From an uncultured delta proteobacterium (GTDB lineage Bacteria; Myxococcota; B64-G9): 64,000 nt of DNA. The notes beneath the pieces were generated by a model. It ran no database searches, was not told where the DNA came from, and saw only the letters and a program-made list of their open reading frames with translations. The stretch is taken from positions 672,001-736,000 of the forward strand of contig CAVWHX010000004.1 of NCBI GenBank assembly GCA_963754925.1. The letters are read 5' to 3'. Both the position numbers and the translations under genes were made by a program. The first letter of the stretch is position 1. Each line of letters begins with the position of its first letter. Positions 29,307 through 39,226 of the stretch are shown here, piece after piece.

Positions 29307-30481
29307 TGGAAAAACGAGTTGGCATGGAGGCGTCCATCGCCATCGCCGAGGCCGTCGGCCTCTGCGATGTGGACATCGTGGCCGCCTACCCGATCACCCC
29401 GCAGACCCACATCGTTGAGCATCTCTCCGAGATGGTGGCCGAGGGGGAGCTCGACGCGGGCTTCATTCCGGTGGAGAGCGAACATTCGGCCATGTCGGTA
29501 TGCTGCGGCACCAGCGCCACGGGCGCGCGCACCTACACCGCCACCAGCTCGCAGGGGCTGGCGCTGATGCACGAGATCTTGTTCATCGCCTCAGGCTTGC
29601 GTTTGCCGATCGTCATGTCGGTGGCCAACCGGGCGCTGTCCGCTCCGCTCAACATCTGGAACGATCACTCGGACATCATGACCGAACGCGACAGCGGCTG
29701 GGTGCAGATCTTCGCCGAAAACGCCCAGGAAGCGCTTGACCTGCATATTTGGGCGTTTCGCCTGGCGGAGGACAAACGGGTCTCGCTGCCGGTCATGGTC
29801 AACTTTGATGGCTTTATCGTTTCGCATATGATCGAGCCGGTCCTCATGCCGGATCGCGAGACGGTGAAAGCCTTTGTGCCGCCCTTTGAGCCATTGCAGC
29901 GTCTGGATGTGGATAAGCCCATTAGCATCGGTCCGGTCGGCATCCCCGATATCTATACCGAAGCCAAATACCTGCAACACAAAGTGCTGAACGAAGCCTA
30001 CACGCCGATCGTCGAGACGCTGGGCGAGTTCGGCAAACACTTCAAGCGCACCTACAAGCCCATCGAGACATACAAGACCGAAGACGCCGAAGTGCTGCTT
30101 CTGACCATGGGGTCCATCAGTGAAACCGCCATGTCAGCCATCGATAGGCGCCGCGAGAAAGGCCAGAAGGTCGGCTTGGTGCACATTCGTCTGTGGCGGC
30201 CGTTTCCGTTCGCGGACCTGCGTCGAGCCATCGAGGCCTGCCCGGTGCTCGGCGTGGTCGACCGTCACGTCTCTTTCGGCGGGCCGACGGGTCCGGTAGC
30301 GTCCGAAGTCAAGGCCGCCTGCTACCAGAGCGATCACCGCCCAAAAGTCGTCGAGTTTGTCGCGGGCCTTGGTGGGCGCGACCTGCCCTTCAGCGCTTTC
30401 GATCACATGTTTGATACTCTCTTTAATACTAAGAAGACCGGCGTCATTCCTCAGCCTGCCTTCATCGGCCTTCGGGAGTAA
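29306..30481 (+). CDS. porA: 2-oxoacid:ferredoxin oxidoreductase alpha subunit
   Basis: [30 protein letters not shown]. Confidence 0.93.
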   Translation: MEKRVGMEASIAIAEAVGLCDVDIVAAYPITPQTHIVEHLSEMVAEGELDAGFIPVESEHSAMSVCCGTSATGARTYTATSSQGLALMHEILFIASGLRLPIVMSVANRALSAPLNIWNDHSDIMTERDSGWVQIFAENAQEALDLHIWAFRLAEDKRVSLPVMVNFDGFIVSHMIEPVLMPDRETVKAFVPPFEPLQRLDVDKPISIGPVGIPDIYTEAKYLQHKVLNEAYTPIVETLGEFGKHFKRTYKPIETYKTEDAEVLLLTMGSISETAMSAIDRRREKGQKVGLVHIRLWRPFPFADLRRAIEACPVLGVVDRHVSFGGPTGPVASEVKAACYQSDHRPKVVEFVAGLGGRDLPFSAFDHMFDTLFNTKKTGVIPQPAFIGLRE

Positions 30482-30485
30482 CATC

Positions 30486-31415
30486 ATGGAAGGATTATCC
30501 GTCTTCGCCGCTCGGTTGTTCCCCAAGGATAACCGCTTCGTCTCCGGCCACCGCGCCTGTCAGGGCTGCGGTGAGGCCTTGGCGGTGCGTCTCGTGCATC
30601 AACTGCTCGGCCGCAACACCATGGTCGCTTCGGCCACGGGGTGTATGGAGATTATCTCCTCGTCGTATCCGGACACCGCCTGGGCGATTCCCTGGTTCCA
30701 TAATGCTTTTGAAAACGCCGCCGCGGTGGCCTCGGGGATAGAGTCAGCGCTTAAGATTCTCGTCAAGAAGGGCAAGCTGCCCAAGCGCAAGATTACGGTG
30801 GTCGGCATGGCCGGCGACGGCGGCACCGCCGATATCGGCCTGCAGGCGCTCTCGGGCGCCCTCGAGCGCGGACACGAAATGATCTACATCTGCTATGACA
30901 ACGAAGCCTATATGAACACAGGCATCCAGCGCTCGAGCGCTACCCCGTTCGGCGCCTCAACCACCACCTCGCCGGCGGGCAAGTTCAGCATCGGGCAGGT
31001 CACCAACAAGAAAAACCTCCCGATGATAGTCGCCGCGCATGGTATTCCCTACGTCGCAACCACGAGCCCCAGCTACCCGTTCGACCTGGCCGAAAAGATA
31101 GAAAAAGCTCGGAAGGCTAAAGGGCCGGCATACATCCACATGTACGCGTGCTGTCCGACCGGCTGGCGCATGGCTCCGGAGTTGGCGGTTTCGATCGGCC
31201 GATTGGCGGTACAGACCGGCGTCTTCCCGCTGTATGAGATTGACCGCGGTGCGCTGCGACTCACCCTGCCGACGCCACAGTTGCGACCCGTGCAGGACTA
31301 CCTCAAACCCCAAGGACGCTTCCGCCACCTCGGCAGCGAGGTCGTAGCCGAAATCCAGGCACGCGTTGAGGAAGACTACCGTAAGCTGGAGCGCCGCTCG
31401 GGGATCGTTCTTTAG
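30486..31415 (+). CDS. porB: 2-oxoacid:ferredoxin oxidoreductase beta subunit (TPP-binding)
   Basis: [42 protein letters not shown]. Confidence 0.93.
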   Translation: MEGLSVFAARLFPKDNRFVSGHRACQGCGEALAVRLVHQLLGRNTMVASATGCMEIISSSYPDTAWAIPWFHNAFENAAAVASGIESALKILVKKGKLPKRKITVVGMAGDGGTADIGLQALSGALERGHEMIYICYDNEAYMNTGIQRSSATPFGASTTTSPAGKFSIGQVTNKKNLPMIVAAHGIPYVATTSPSYPFDLAEKIEKARKAKGPAYIHMYACCPTGWRMAPELAVSIGRLAVQTGVFPLYEIDRGALRLTLPTPQLRPVQDYLKPQGRFRHLGSEVVAEIQARVEEDYRKLERRSGIVL

Positions 31416-31433
31416 GAGGAATGGAGATCCATC

Positions 31434-31889
31434 ATGGACGACAAAAATCTAGACGCCATTCTCGACAACCACCACCGGGACCCCGCGCACTTGCTGGCCA
31501 TCCTCCAGGACATCCAAAGGGAGGAAAACTACCTTCCCAAAGAGGACATCAAGAAGGTCGCCGTTGCTGTCGGGGTGTCGGTATCACGGGTGTACTCGTT
31601 GGCCACCTTTTTCAAATCGTTTAGTTTAAAACCGCGCGGTAAACACATCTGCACGGTATGCCTCGGTACCGCCTGTCACGTACGCGGAGCGCCCAAGTTG
31701 GTTGAGAAGTTGGAGCGCGATTTCGGCATCAAGGCCGGCGAAACGACCAAAGACATGAAACTGACCGTTGAGACGGTCAACTGCGTTGGCGCCTGCGCCC
31801 TCGGCCCGCTGGTGATCCTGGATGGTGAGTACCATGGCAACATCGGCTCGGCTGATCTCGACAACATCATGAAGGGGCTGCGGTCATGA
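31434..31889 (+). CDS. NuoE/HydC-like [2Fe-2S] subunit
   Basis: CLGTACHVRG...VNCVGACALGP. Confidence 0.93.
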   Translation: MDDKNLDAILDNHHRDPAHLLAILQDIQREENYLPKEDIKKVAVAVGVSVSRVYSLATFFKSFSLKPRGKHICTVCLGTACHVRGAPKLVEKLERDFGIKAGETTKDMKLTVETVNCVGACALGPLVILDGEYHGNIGSADLDNIMKGLRS

Positions 31890-33775
31890 GCACACGACTC
31901 ACCTCGAAAAAAATGATCGAGGACCTCCGCCAGGAGATCCAAAAGACTAAGGACCCTAAGCAACCAGTGATTGCCTTATGCGGCGGAACGGGCTGCCAGG
32001 CGTGCGGATGCCGTAAGGTGTTCACCGCCATTCAACAAGAAATTGCGACGCAAAAACTTGAAAGCAGGCTGCGGATGCACCTCACCGGTTGTCAGCTCCT
32101 GTGCGAGCGCGGCCCGCTGGTGATCGTTCACCCCCAAGGCCACTTTTACCAGCGCGTCAAACCCGAAGACGCCGCCGAGCTGTGCCAGTCGGCGCTCACG
32201 GGAAAGGCAATCAGTCGACTGCAGTACATTGATCTCGCCGAGAAACATTACACCCGGCAGGACGAGGTACCTTTTTACCAGTCGCAGATGCGGTTGCTTA
32301 CGCAATACAATGGGTTGCTTGACCCAACCCGAATCGAAGACTACATCGGGATCGGCGGGTATTCAGCGCTCGCTACGGTGCTCACCTCAATGAAGCCCGA
32401 GCAGGTGGTTGCTGAAATAACCAAGAGCGGTCTGCGCGGTCGCGGCGGCGGCGGGTTCCCGGCCGGAGTCAAGTGGGAGAGTTGTCGCCAAGCACCGTCA
32501 GAAGACGGCGTGCGGTACCTGATCGGCAATGGCGACGAGGGTGACCCAGGCGCCTTCATGGATCGGTCACTTATGGAAGACAACGCTCATATGATCATCG
32601 AGGGTATGGTGATCGGGGCGTATGCCATCGGCACACCGGGAAAACCCGTTGGCTACCTCTACGTTCGCAACGAGTACCCGCTGGCGCTCGAACGCCTCGC
32701 CAATGCCCTGCAGCAGGCCCGCGGATACGGGCTATTGGGCGAAAACATACTCGGCTCGGGACTCAACTTCGACATAACCATTAACCGCGGCGGCGGAGCG
32801 TTCGTCTGCGGCGAATCGACAGCTCTGATGGCCTCGATCGAGGGCGCAGTGGGCGAACCGCGGGCCAAACACATCCACACCGTTGTGTCTGGTCTGTGGG
32901 ACAAGCCGACGAACTTGAACAACGTCGAAACCTGGGCCAACGTGCCGCTCATTATCAACCGTGGCGTCGATTGGTTCACCAACATCGGTACCGGCGACGT
33001 CCGCACCGATCCCTGGGGCGGCAGCAAGGGCACCAAGATCTTCGCCCTGGTCGGTAAAGTCAATAACACCGGTCTGGTCGAGGTCCCGATGGGGGTCAGC
33101 CTGCGCACGATCATCTTTGATATCGGCGGCGGGATTCGCGACGGACAGAAGTTCAAAGCCGTTCAAACCGGCGGCCCCTCGGGCGGCTGCCTGCCCGAAT
33201 CTCTGCTTGACATGCAGGTCGATTTTGACCGGCTTACCGAAGTGGGCTCCATGATGGGCTCGGGCGGCATGATTGTCATGGATGAGCGCACCTGCATGGT
33301 GGACGTGGCGCGCTACTTCCTGCACTTTTTAGCCGATGAGTCGTGCGGCAAGTGTGTCACCTGCCGCGAAGGACTTGCACAGCTGTGCGCGATCGTCGAC
33401 CGCGTGTGCGCGGGCACCGCCCGTGAGGGCGACATTGCCCTAATGGAAGAGCTGTCCGAGACGGTGGCCGACGCATCGTTGTGCGCACTGGGTCAAACGG
33501 CGCCGAATCCCTTGCGCTCGACGTTGCGCTACTTCCGCGAGGAGTACGAAGAACACATCAATCAGAAAAAGTGCCGAGCGCGGGTGTGCAAAGGGCTTAT
33601 CCGTTTTTCGGTCGTTCCCGAAAAATGCATCGGTTGCCTGCTCTGCAAGCGCAAATGCCCAAGCCTGGCTATCTCCGGCGAGGCAAAGGAAGTGCATGTG
33701 ATCGATCAATCCAAGTGCATCAAGTGCGGCGTATGCGAGGAAGTCTGCCGTTACGACGCCATTGCGGTGGAATAA
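31886..33775 (+). CDS. NuoF/HydB-like NAD(H)/FMN subunit, long form
   Basis: N-terminal CGGTGC thioredoxin-like Fe-S; GRGGGGFP; DEGDPGAFMDR; GAFVCGE; SCGKCVTCREG; HxxxxxCxxxxC; two C-terminal 4Fe-4S motifs. Confidence 0.95.
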   Translation: MSTRLTSKKMIEDLRQEIQKTKDPKQPVIALCGGTGCQACGCRKVFTAIQQEIATQKLESRLRMHLTGCQLLCERGPLVIVHPQGHFYQRVKPEDAAELCQSALTGKAISRLQYIDLAEKHYTRQDEVPFYQSQMRLLTQYNGLLDPTRIEDYIGIGGYSALATVLTSMKPEQVVAEITKSGLRGRGGGGFPAGVKWESCRQAPSEDGVRYLIGNGDEGDPGAFMDRSLMEDNAHMIIEGMVIGAYAIGTPGKPVGYLYVRNEYPLALERLANALQQARGYGLLGENILGSGLNFDITINRGGGAFVCGESTALMASIEGAVGEPRAKHIHTVVSGLWDKPTNLNNVETWANVPLIINRGVDWFTNIGTGDVRTDPWGGSKGTKIFALVGKVNNTGLVEVPMGVSLRTIIFDIGGGIRDGQKFKAVQTGGPSGGCLPESLLDMQVDFDRLTEVGSMMGSGGMIVMDERTCMVDVARYFLHFLADESCGKCVTCREGLAQLCAIVDRVCAGTAREGDIALMEELSETVADASLCALGQTAPNPLRSTLRYFREEYEEHINQKKCRARVCKGLIRFSVVPEKCIGCLLCKRKCPSLAISGEAKEVHVIDQSKCIKCGVCEEVCRYDAIAVE

Positions 33776-33789
33776 AGGAGATTACATCA

Positions 33790-34536
33790 ATGCACGAGCA
33801 CGAGGCTATTCAAAAAGATCAAAAAGTAACCTTCAAAATCCAAGGCCGCACCTACGAAGGTTACTATGAGGAGAGTTTGCTCGGAGCGTTACGCCGCTAT
33901 GGCTACGAGGTGCCATCGCTGTGCTATCATGAAGCCGTTAGTGCATACGGGGCATGCCGGCTTTGTCTGGTCGAGGTTGGCAAGGGCCGCAAACGCAGGC
34001 TTACCACGTCGTGCAACTACCCCGTCCTGCCCGGAATAGAAGTATTTCTCGATACCGATAAGGTTATTCGGAACCGCAAGACAGTGCTCAGGCTCTTACT
34101 CGCCATGGCGCCGGCGGCTGAAGAAATCCATGAGCTTGCAGCCGAGTACGGCGTAACCGACACCCCCTTTGTACAAGATACGGGCAAAGAATGCATTTTG
34201 TGCGGTCTGTGCAACCGCGTCTGCGACGAGGTGGTGGGTGCAAAAGCTATCGGATTTTCCGGCCGCGGACTTATTAAAGACATGAACTCGCCCTTTGATG
34301 AAGTAGCTGAAGCCTGCATCGGTTGTGGTGCTTGCGTGCAGGTCTGCCCAACCAATTGCATTGGAATAAAAGAAGAAAACAATATCCGCAGTATTATCAA
34401 ATGGCACCGCGATCTCCCGATGAAGTCGTGCAAAAAGTGCGGCCGCGCTTTTGCCCCAACGTTCCAACTCAACTACTTCGCCACCCTCACCAAGCTCGAT
34501 CGTGACTTTTTCGATGTGTGCCAAGACTGTCGGTGA
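33790..34536 (+). CDS. NuoG/HydA N-terminal-like Fe-S subunit with no catalytic domain
   Basis: PSLCYH...GACRLCLVE...SC; CILCGLCNRVC; CIGCGACVQVCP; C-terminal CKKC..CQDC; 248 aa. Confidence 0.9.
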   Translation: MHEHEAIQKDQKVTFKIQGRTYEGYYEESLLGALRRYGYEVPSLCYHEAVSAYGACRLCLVEVGKGRKRRLTTSCNYPVLPGIEVFLDTDKVIRNRKTVLRLLLAMAPAAEEIHELAAEYGVTDTPFVQDTGKECILCGLCNRVCDEVVGAKAIGFSGRGLIKDMNSPFDEVAEACIGCGACVQVCPTNCIGIKEENNIRSIIKWHRDLPMKSCKKCGRAFAPTFQLNYFATLTKLDRDFFDVCQDCR

Positions 34537-34785
34537 CCACGGTATTTTATTATTTGCTTGTTGAAAGATTAATGTTGTATAATGGGCAGTTGACGTTTAT
34601 GTTACTGAGAAATAGATTTCGCATATTTCTCATTAATGCGAACTGGTGTGCGCAATTGATTGATCTTTAAAGGTAACTTACCTTTGTCACAACGCGCAGA
34701 GATCGAATGGTTTTCTGAAATTGATTGACTTCGTGCTGCTGTGGCATAATGGTTGCTGTAATGGCCTCAATGGAGGAGGCACTGA

Positions 34786-35562
34786 GTGAAGAAACCGCCG
34801 CCGATATTATTTGTTCTCCCGAACATTTTTACCGTATCAAGCATATTCTGCGGGTTCTACGCAATCGTTATAGCCCTCAGCGGCACGGCAGCGGATCGCT
34901 TTTATGGCGCAGCGGTAGCGATCCTCTTTGGCGTCCTCTTCGATGCCGCCGATGGTAGAGTGGCCCGCATGACTAAAACCCAAAGCGATTTCGGCATGCA
35001 ACTTGACTCGCTTGCCGATGTCATTACCTTTGGTTTGGCGCCGGCCGTGGTGGCGTATCTGTGGTCGTTAGCGCAATATGGCATCATCGGGCTGGTGGCG
35101 GCTTTCCTCTATGTTGCGTGCGGTGCAATCCGCCTCGCGCGTTTTAACCTTATGGCGGCTGATCCGTCAGCGTCATCTAAATTCTTTCTCGGATTGCCTA
35201 TTCCGCTCGCGGCCTCGACCCTGATGTCTTTGGTCATGATGCACTATCGTAACACCGGCGGCGAGCTTGTCTCACCGCCATTGATATTGGCGGTGGTCCT
35301 TATGCTCGCGGCGCTGATGGTCAGCCGGGTTCACTATCGAACCTTCAAGCGCGTTAAGAATCCACGATTGATCCTCCCGCTGGTTGTCGTCATGGCCTGT
35401 CTGTTGGTGGTAGCCGCGATCAAGACCAGCTTCAGCCTGATCTTCGCCTTGGCAAGCGCAGCATTTTTAATCTATGGCCTCATCGAAGAGATCGTCCGGT
35501 TAATTCGCAAGCGTGTGCTGCTATCCCGCAAGCACGAGGAAGAGGAAGACGAAGTATATTAG
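34786..35562 (+). CDS. pssA: CDP-diacylglycerol--serine O-phosphatidyltransferase
   Basis: LPNIFT, DAADGRVAR...FGMQLDSLADVITFGLAPA, RLARFN. Confidence 0.93.
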   Translation: MKKPPPILFVLPNIFTVSSIFCGFYAIVIALSGTAADRFYGAAVAILFGVLFDAADGRVARMTKTQSDFGMQLDSLADVITFGLAPAVVAYLWSLAQYGIIGLVAAFLYVACGAIRLARFNLMAADPSASSKFFLGLPIPLAASTLMSLVMMHYRNTGGELVSPPLILAVVLMLAALMVSRVHYRTFKRVKNPRLILPLVVVMACLLVVAAIKTSFSLIFALASAAFLIYGLIEEIVRLIRKRVLLSRKHEEEEDEVY

Positions 35563-35831
35563 AGACTGTTAGCGAACGAAGTGAGCGTTACAGTCTCTTA
35601 TCCCTGGAGCGAAGCGACAGGGGTTAGAGATAGTGCGAACGAAGTGAGCGTTACAGTCTCTTATCCCTGGAGCGAAGCGACAGGGGTTAGAGATAGTGCG
35701 AACGAAGTGAGTTAGAGTCTCTTATCCCCGAAGGGGGTTAGAGCTTTTGCGAACGAAGTGAGCGTTATAAGAGACCGTTACGAGCAAAGCGAGTTACGGA
35801 CTCTTATCCTCCGGACAGTTTCTTATCCCCT
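35560..35831. repeat. Tandem palindromic repeat array (63-bp unit)
   Basis: GCGAACGAAGTGAGCGTTACAGTCTCTTATCCCTGGAGCGAAGCGACAGGGGTTAGAGATAGT identical at 35572 and 35635; degenerate copies start at 35698 and 35749; then hairpin TAAGAGACCGT...ACGGACTCTTA. Confidence 0.9.
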
Positions 35832-36603
35832 CACGACCTATATCACCGACATCCGAAGTGGCACGATCGAGCGACAGGGCAACGGTGCTGCCCTGGTTCG
35901 CCTGGCTTTCAACCGCCAGTCCGCCGCCCATGAGGTGAGCCGCCTCGCGCGCAAGCGCCAACCCCAAACCGATAGCTTGATAGGAGCGATCGAGTGGGCT
36001 CGCCATGGGCGCCAGTGAAACAGACAGGCGGGCGATCTCTTCCGGCCGTATGCCAATACCGGTATCCGCAACAGCAAAACGCACCCGAACGCGATCTCCC
36101 GCGAGCGGCTGGCTCTCAACCGAAAGCCGAATCGAACCCTGGCGGGTGAACTTCAACGCATTTGAGAGCAGCTGTTTCAAGACGCGGGAGAGCAACGGGG
36201 CGTCGACCCGCAGACGGCCGGGCGCGCTATCGAGATTCACCTCGAGCCGCACACCGTGGTCGGAAGCCTGCTGAGCAAACGGCGCGACCACTTGCTGCAC
36301 CAGCTCGGCCACAACGCACCAATCTGGATTGGCTTTAATTTTGCCGCTCTCCATACGGTATAAATCGAGTAAATTGTCGATGCGCTCGAGAAGGGCGCGG
36401 GCGCTACTGTAGATAAGGTTCAACTGGCGCAGGCACTCGGCATCAAGACCGGGCGTGTCCTGGAGCAACAGGCTCGAAAATCCAATGATACCATTGAGTG
36501 GGGTTTTGAGATCGTGGCTGACCGTGGCAAAGAACTCAGCTCGTTTTTGATCGCGTTCGCGCACCTGCTGCGCTACGTCCTGATCCTCTTTTCGACCGTT
36601 CAT
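35794..36603 (-). CDS. Cytoplasmic histidine kinase (HisKA + HATPase only)
   Basis: VSHDLKTPLNGIIG, LLSNALKFT, DTGIG, IGLGL. Confidence 0.9.
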   Translation of the reverse strand: MNGRKEDQDVAQQVRERDQKRAEFFATVSHDLKTPLNGIIGFSSLLLQDTPGLDAECLRQLNLIYSSARALLERIDNLLDLYRMESGKIKANPDWCVVAELVQQVVAPFAQQASDHGVRLEVNLDSAPGRLRVDAPLLSRVLKQLLSNALKFTRQGSIRLSVESQPLAGDRVRVRFAVADTGIGIRPEEIARLSVSLAPMASPLDRSYQAIGLGLALAREAAHLMGGGLAVESQANQGSTVALSLDRATSDVGDIGREGIRNCPEDKSP

Positions 36604-36648
36604 GACTGCTCCCTTCCGACTGCGTCCGAAGCATTTCCGAGCATTCGG

Positions 36649-37305
36649 TTACGAAGCTGACTGTTGTTTGCGCTTTCGTCGTTGCCAAAAAAATAGCACA
36701 CCACCCAGCACGACACCTATGACAATCCAGGCCGCCAGCGTATAGGTGCTCATGAGGCTTCGCAGCCGTTCCCAGTTTGACCCTACCGCATAGCCGGCTC
36801 CCAGGATCAGGCTGTTCCATATCACCGCAGACACGGTCGCCCAAAGCAACACCAGCCACAAGCGCATTCGCGAGGCGCCGGCTACGACAAAGAAAAATGC
36901 TCGAATTCCGGGGAGAAAACGGTTTATAGCGATATAGATCGAGCCATGCCGCTTGAAACGGTCGGTCACCAATTCGTACTTTTCGCGCGTCAAGATGGTC
37001 CAGCGCTTTACCTGTTTTTCGGACGGCAAGCGGTCGAGTCGCCGTCCGAGCCACATGCCGATTCCGTAGTCCGCCGCCGCGCCAACGAGGGAGCCCGTTG
37101 TCGCCAGAACGAGGGCAAACGGAAAACTCCACAATCCCTTCACAACCAGATAGGTGCCAAAGAGTGTAATCACGTCCCCCGGAAAGGGCGGAAAGACATA
37201 CTCGATAAACGACGAGAGAAACAACACCACCGCGCCAATGCCGTGGTGATGTTCGGCCACCAGATCGAGCAGTTGTTGTATCAAGGCTGATGATTCGCTG
37301 ACCAT
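36649..37305 (-). CDS. DedA family membrane protein
   Basis: IEYVFPPFPGD, RFLPGIR. Confidence 0.9.
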   Translation of the reverse strand: MVSESSALIQQLLDLVAEHHHGIGAVVLFLSSFIEYVFPPFPGDVITLFGTYLVVKGLWSFPFALVLATTGSLVGAAADYGIGMWLGRRLDRLPSEKQVKRWTILTREKYELVTDRFKRHGSIYIAINRFLPGIRAFFFVVAGASRMRLWLVLLWATVSAVIWNSLILGAGYAVGSNWERLRSLMSTYTLAAWIVIGVVLGGVLFFWQRRKRKQQSAS

Positions 37306-37348
37306 GGGATACCGTAGGGGGTTGGGAGGTATTGATTACCGTACAGCG

Positions 37349-37774
37349 CTACTTTTCTTTGACTACACAGAGCTTCTGCAGGACTCCCTGTTCAGAGCCG
37401 CTGAATATCGGTTGCTCCTGGCACCGTGGCATTGCAGAGGGGCAATCGGCATCGGTCGTGCAAAGTTTATGACAACGCTTATCCCCATAAGCGCTGCACT
37501 GATCCTTGTTGTCGGCTTTGCAGAAATAGGAGTCCCAGCACAGGAAGCCGTCCTCGCAGTCGTCTTGTTCTCGGCTGCACTCCCCTTTAACCTCCTGAGA
37601 TTTGCTGTACTCCTTGGCCATCTCGGCCTGGTAGCGTTTTTCCTCCTCGGCGGCCGCCCGAGCGCTTTCGAGAAGCTTGGCGTCATAGGCGCTCACCGGT
37701 TCCTTTTTTGGACAGCCCGCCAGCGCAAGCCCTACTAACCCCATCACGACCACCTGCGTCAATACTCGCCTCAT
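37349..37774 (-). CDS. Cys-rich lipoprotein
   Basis: LAGC lipobox; ~10 Cys in the C-terminal 75 aa; RBS AGGAGG. Confidence 0.75.
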   Translation of the reverse strand: MRRVLTQVVVMGLVGLALAGCPKKEPVSAYDAKLLESARAAAEEEKRYQAEMAKEYSKSQEVKGECSREQDDCEDGFLCWDSYFCKADNKDQCSAYGDKRCHKLCTTDADCPSAMPRCQEQPIFSGSEQGVLQKLCVVKEK

Positions 37775-37963
37775 CTTTGAAAACCTCCTTTGTGCTCACC
37801 CGCCAGTGACCTCAGCATGCCAGATCAAGACACAACTATCAAACCAGAAAACGAAAAGCTATCTGGTCGAGTCGACGTATCTCCATTTCGCTTAGTATAC
37901 AACTATAGATAAAAATGATCCTGTAGACTATACTTAATCATCGGGAGGCTTCAGAGCACGGTC

Positions 37964-39154
37964 ATGTACGGGAACGTCGGCGAAGAGATCCAGAAGCAGA
38001 TCAACGAGATACGGAGCGCTGGTCTCTATAAGGAAGAGCGCGCGATCCTTACTCCCCAGGGGGCCGAGATCAAGGTCTCGTCCGGGAAGGCGGTGCTCAA
38101 TTTTTGCGCCAATAATTATCTCGGGTTGTCCGATCATCCTGCGGTGATCGCCGCGGCAAAGGCTGGTCTCGAAACGTACGGCTATGGCATGAGCTCGGTC
38201 CGCTTTATTTGCGGCACCCAAGACCTGCACAAAAATCTTGAACGAATCATTTCCTCGTTCCTTACCACCGAAGACACCATCCTCTATTCCTCATGTTTTG
38301 ACGCTAATGGCGGTCTCTTCGAAACACTCTTGGGGTCTGAGGATGTGATTATCTCGGATGAACTCAATCACGCCAGCATCATCGACGGGATACGACTGTC
38401 CAAGGCCGATCGCCGCCGTTATAAAAATACCGATATGTCTGAGTTGGAAGAGCACCTCAAGGCCACCCAGGACCGGCGGCGGCGGCTGATTGCGACGGAT
38501 GGCGTTTTCAGCATGGACGGCACCTTCACCCCGCTCGACCGGATCTGCGATCTGGCCGATCAGTACCACGCCTTGGTGATGGTGGACGATTCACACGCTA
38601 CGGGGTTTATCGGGAAGCACGGACGCGGCACCCCCGAATATTACGGTGTCGAAGGCCGTGTTGACATTCTTACCTCCACTATGGGCAAAGCTTTGGGCGG
38701 CGCGTCCGGCGGTTTCACCACCGGTCGGAAGGAGATAATCGAGCTCCTGCGGCAACGTTCCCGACCGTATTTGTTTTCGAATTCTCTGCCGCCGGTCGTG
38801 GCCGCCGCGGCCATGGCCGCGATCAATTTGATATCAACGAGCACCGAACTTCGCGACCGACTTGAAGCCAATACCAAGCTCTTCCGCGATCAAATGACGG
38901 CGGCCGGTTTTAACATCAAGCCAGGCATCCATCCGATTACGCCGATCATGCTGGGCGATGCTGTGCTCGCCGCCAACATGGCTCGCGATCTTCTGGACGA
39001 GGGGATCTATGTGGTTGGTTTCAGCTACCCGGTCGTTCCTCAGAGTATGGCCCGCATCCGGGTGCAACTCTCCGCCGCCCACACCAAAGAACAGATTGAA
39101 CAAGCCGTGGCCGCGTTTATCAAGATCGGGAAAAAGTATACCGTAATCGATTAA
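37964..39154 (+). CDS. kbl: Glycine C-acetyltransferase (2-amino-3-ketobutyrate CoA ligase)
   Basis: [46 protein letters not shown]. Confidence 0.95.
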   Translation: MYGNVGEEIQKQINEIRSAGLYKEERAILTPQGAEIKVSSGKAVLNFCANNYLGLSDHPAVIAAAKAGLETYGYGMSSVRFICGTQDLHKNLERIISSFLTTEDTILYSSCFDANGGLFETLLGSEDVIISDELNHASIIDGIRLSKADRRRYKNTDMSELEEHLKATQDRRRRLIATDGVFSMDGTFTPLDRICDLADQYHALVMVDDSHATGFIGKHGRGTPEYYGVEGRVDILTSTMGKALGGASGGFTTGRKEIIELLRQRSRPYLFSNSLPPVVAAAAMAAINLISTSTELRDRLEANTKLFRDQMTAAGFNIKPGIHPITPIMLGDAVLAANMARDLLDEGIYVVGFSYPVVPQSMARIRVQLSAAHTKEQIEQAVAAFIKIGKKYTVID

Positions 39155-39226
39155 CTGAACATTCGGGTCTTATTGATGCATCTTAATTGACAGCCCTGGC
39201 TCGCGTGTGGCACATTCGCTGCCGCT

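Noticed and set aside
31434..34536. [FeFe]-hydrogenase or respiratory complex I
   Set aside because: No H-cluster motifs, no membrane Nuo subunits, no maturases
35572..35770. CRISPR array
   Set aside because: Units are head-to-tail identical or degenerate with no unique spacers; no cas genes in the window
35758..36018. 86-aa ORF starting in the repeat array
   Set aside because: Antisense to the kinase and derived from repeat sequence
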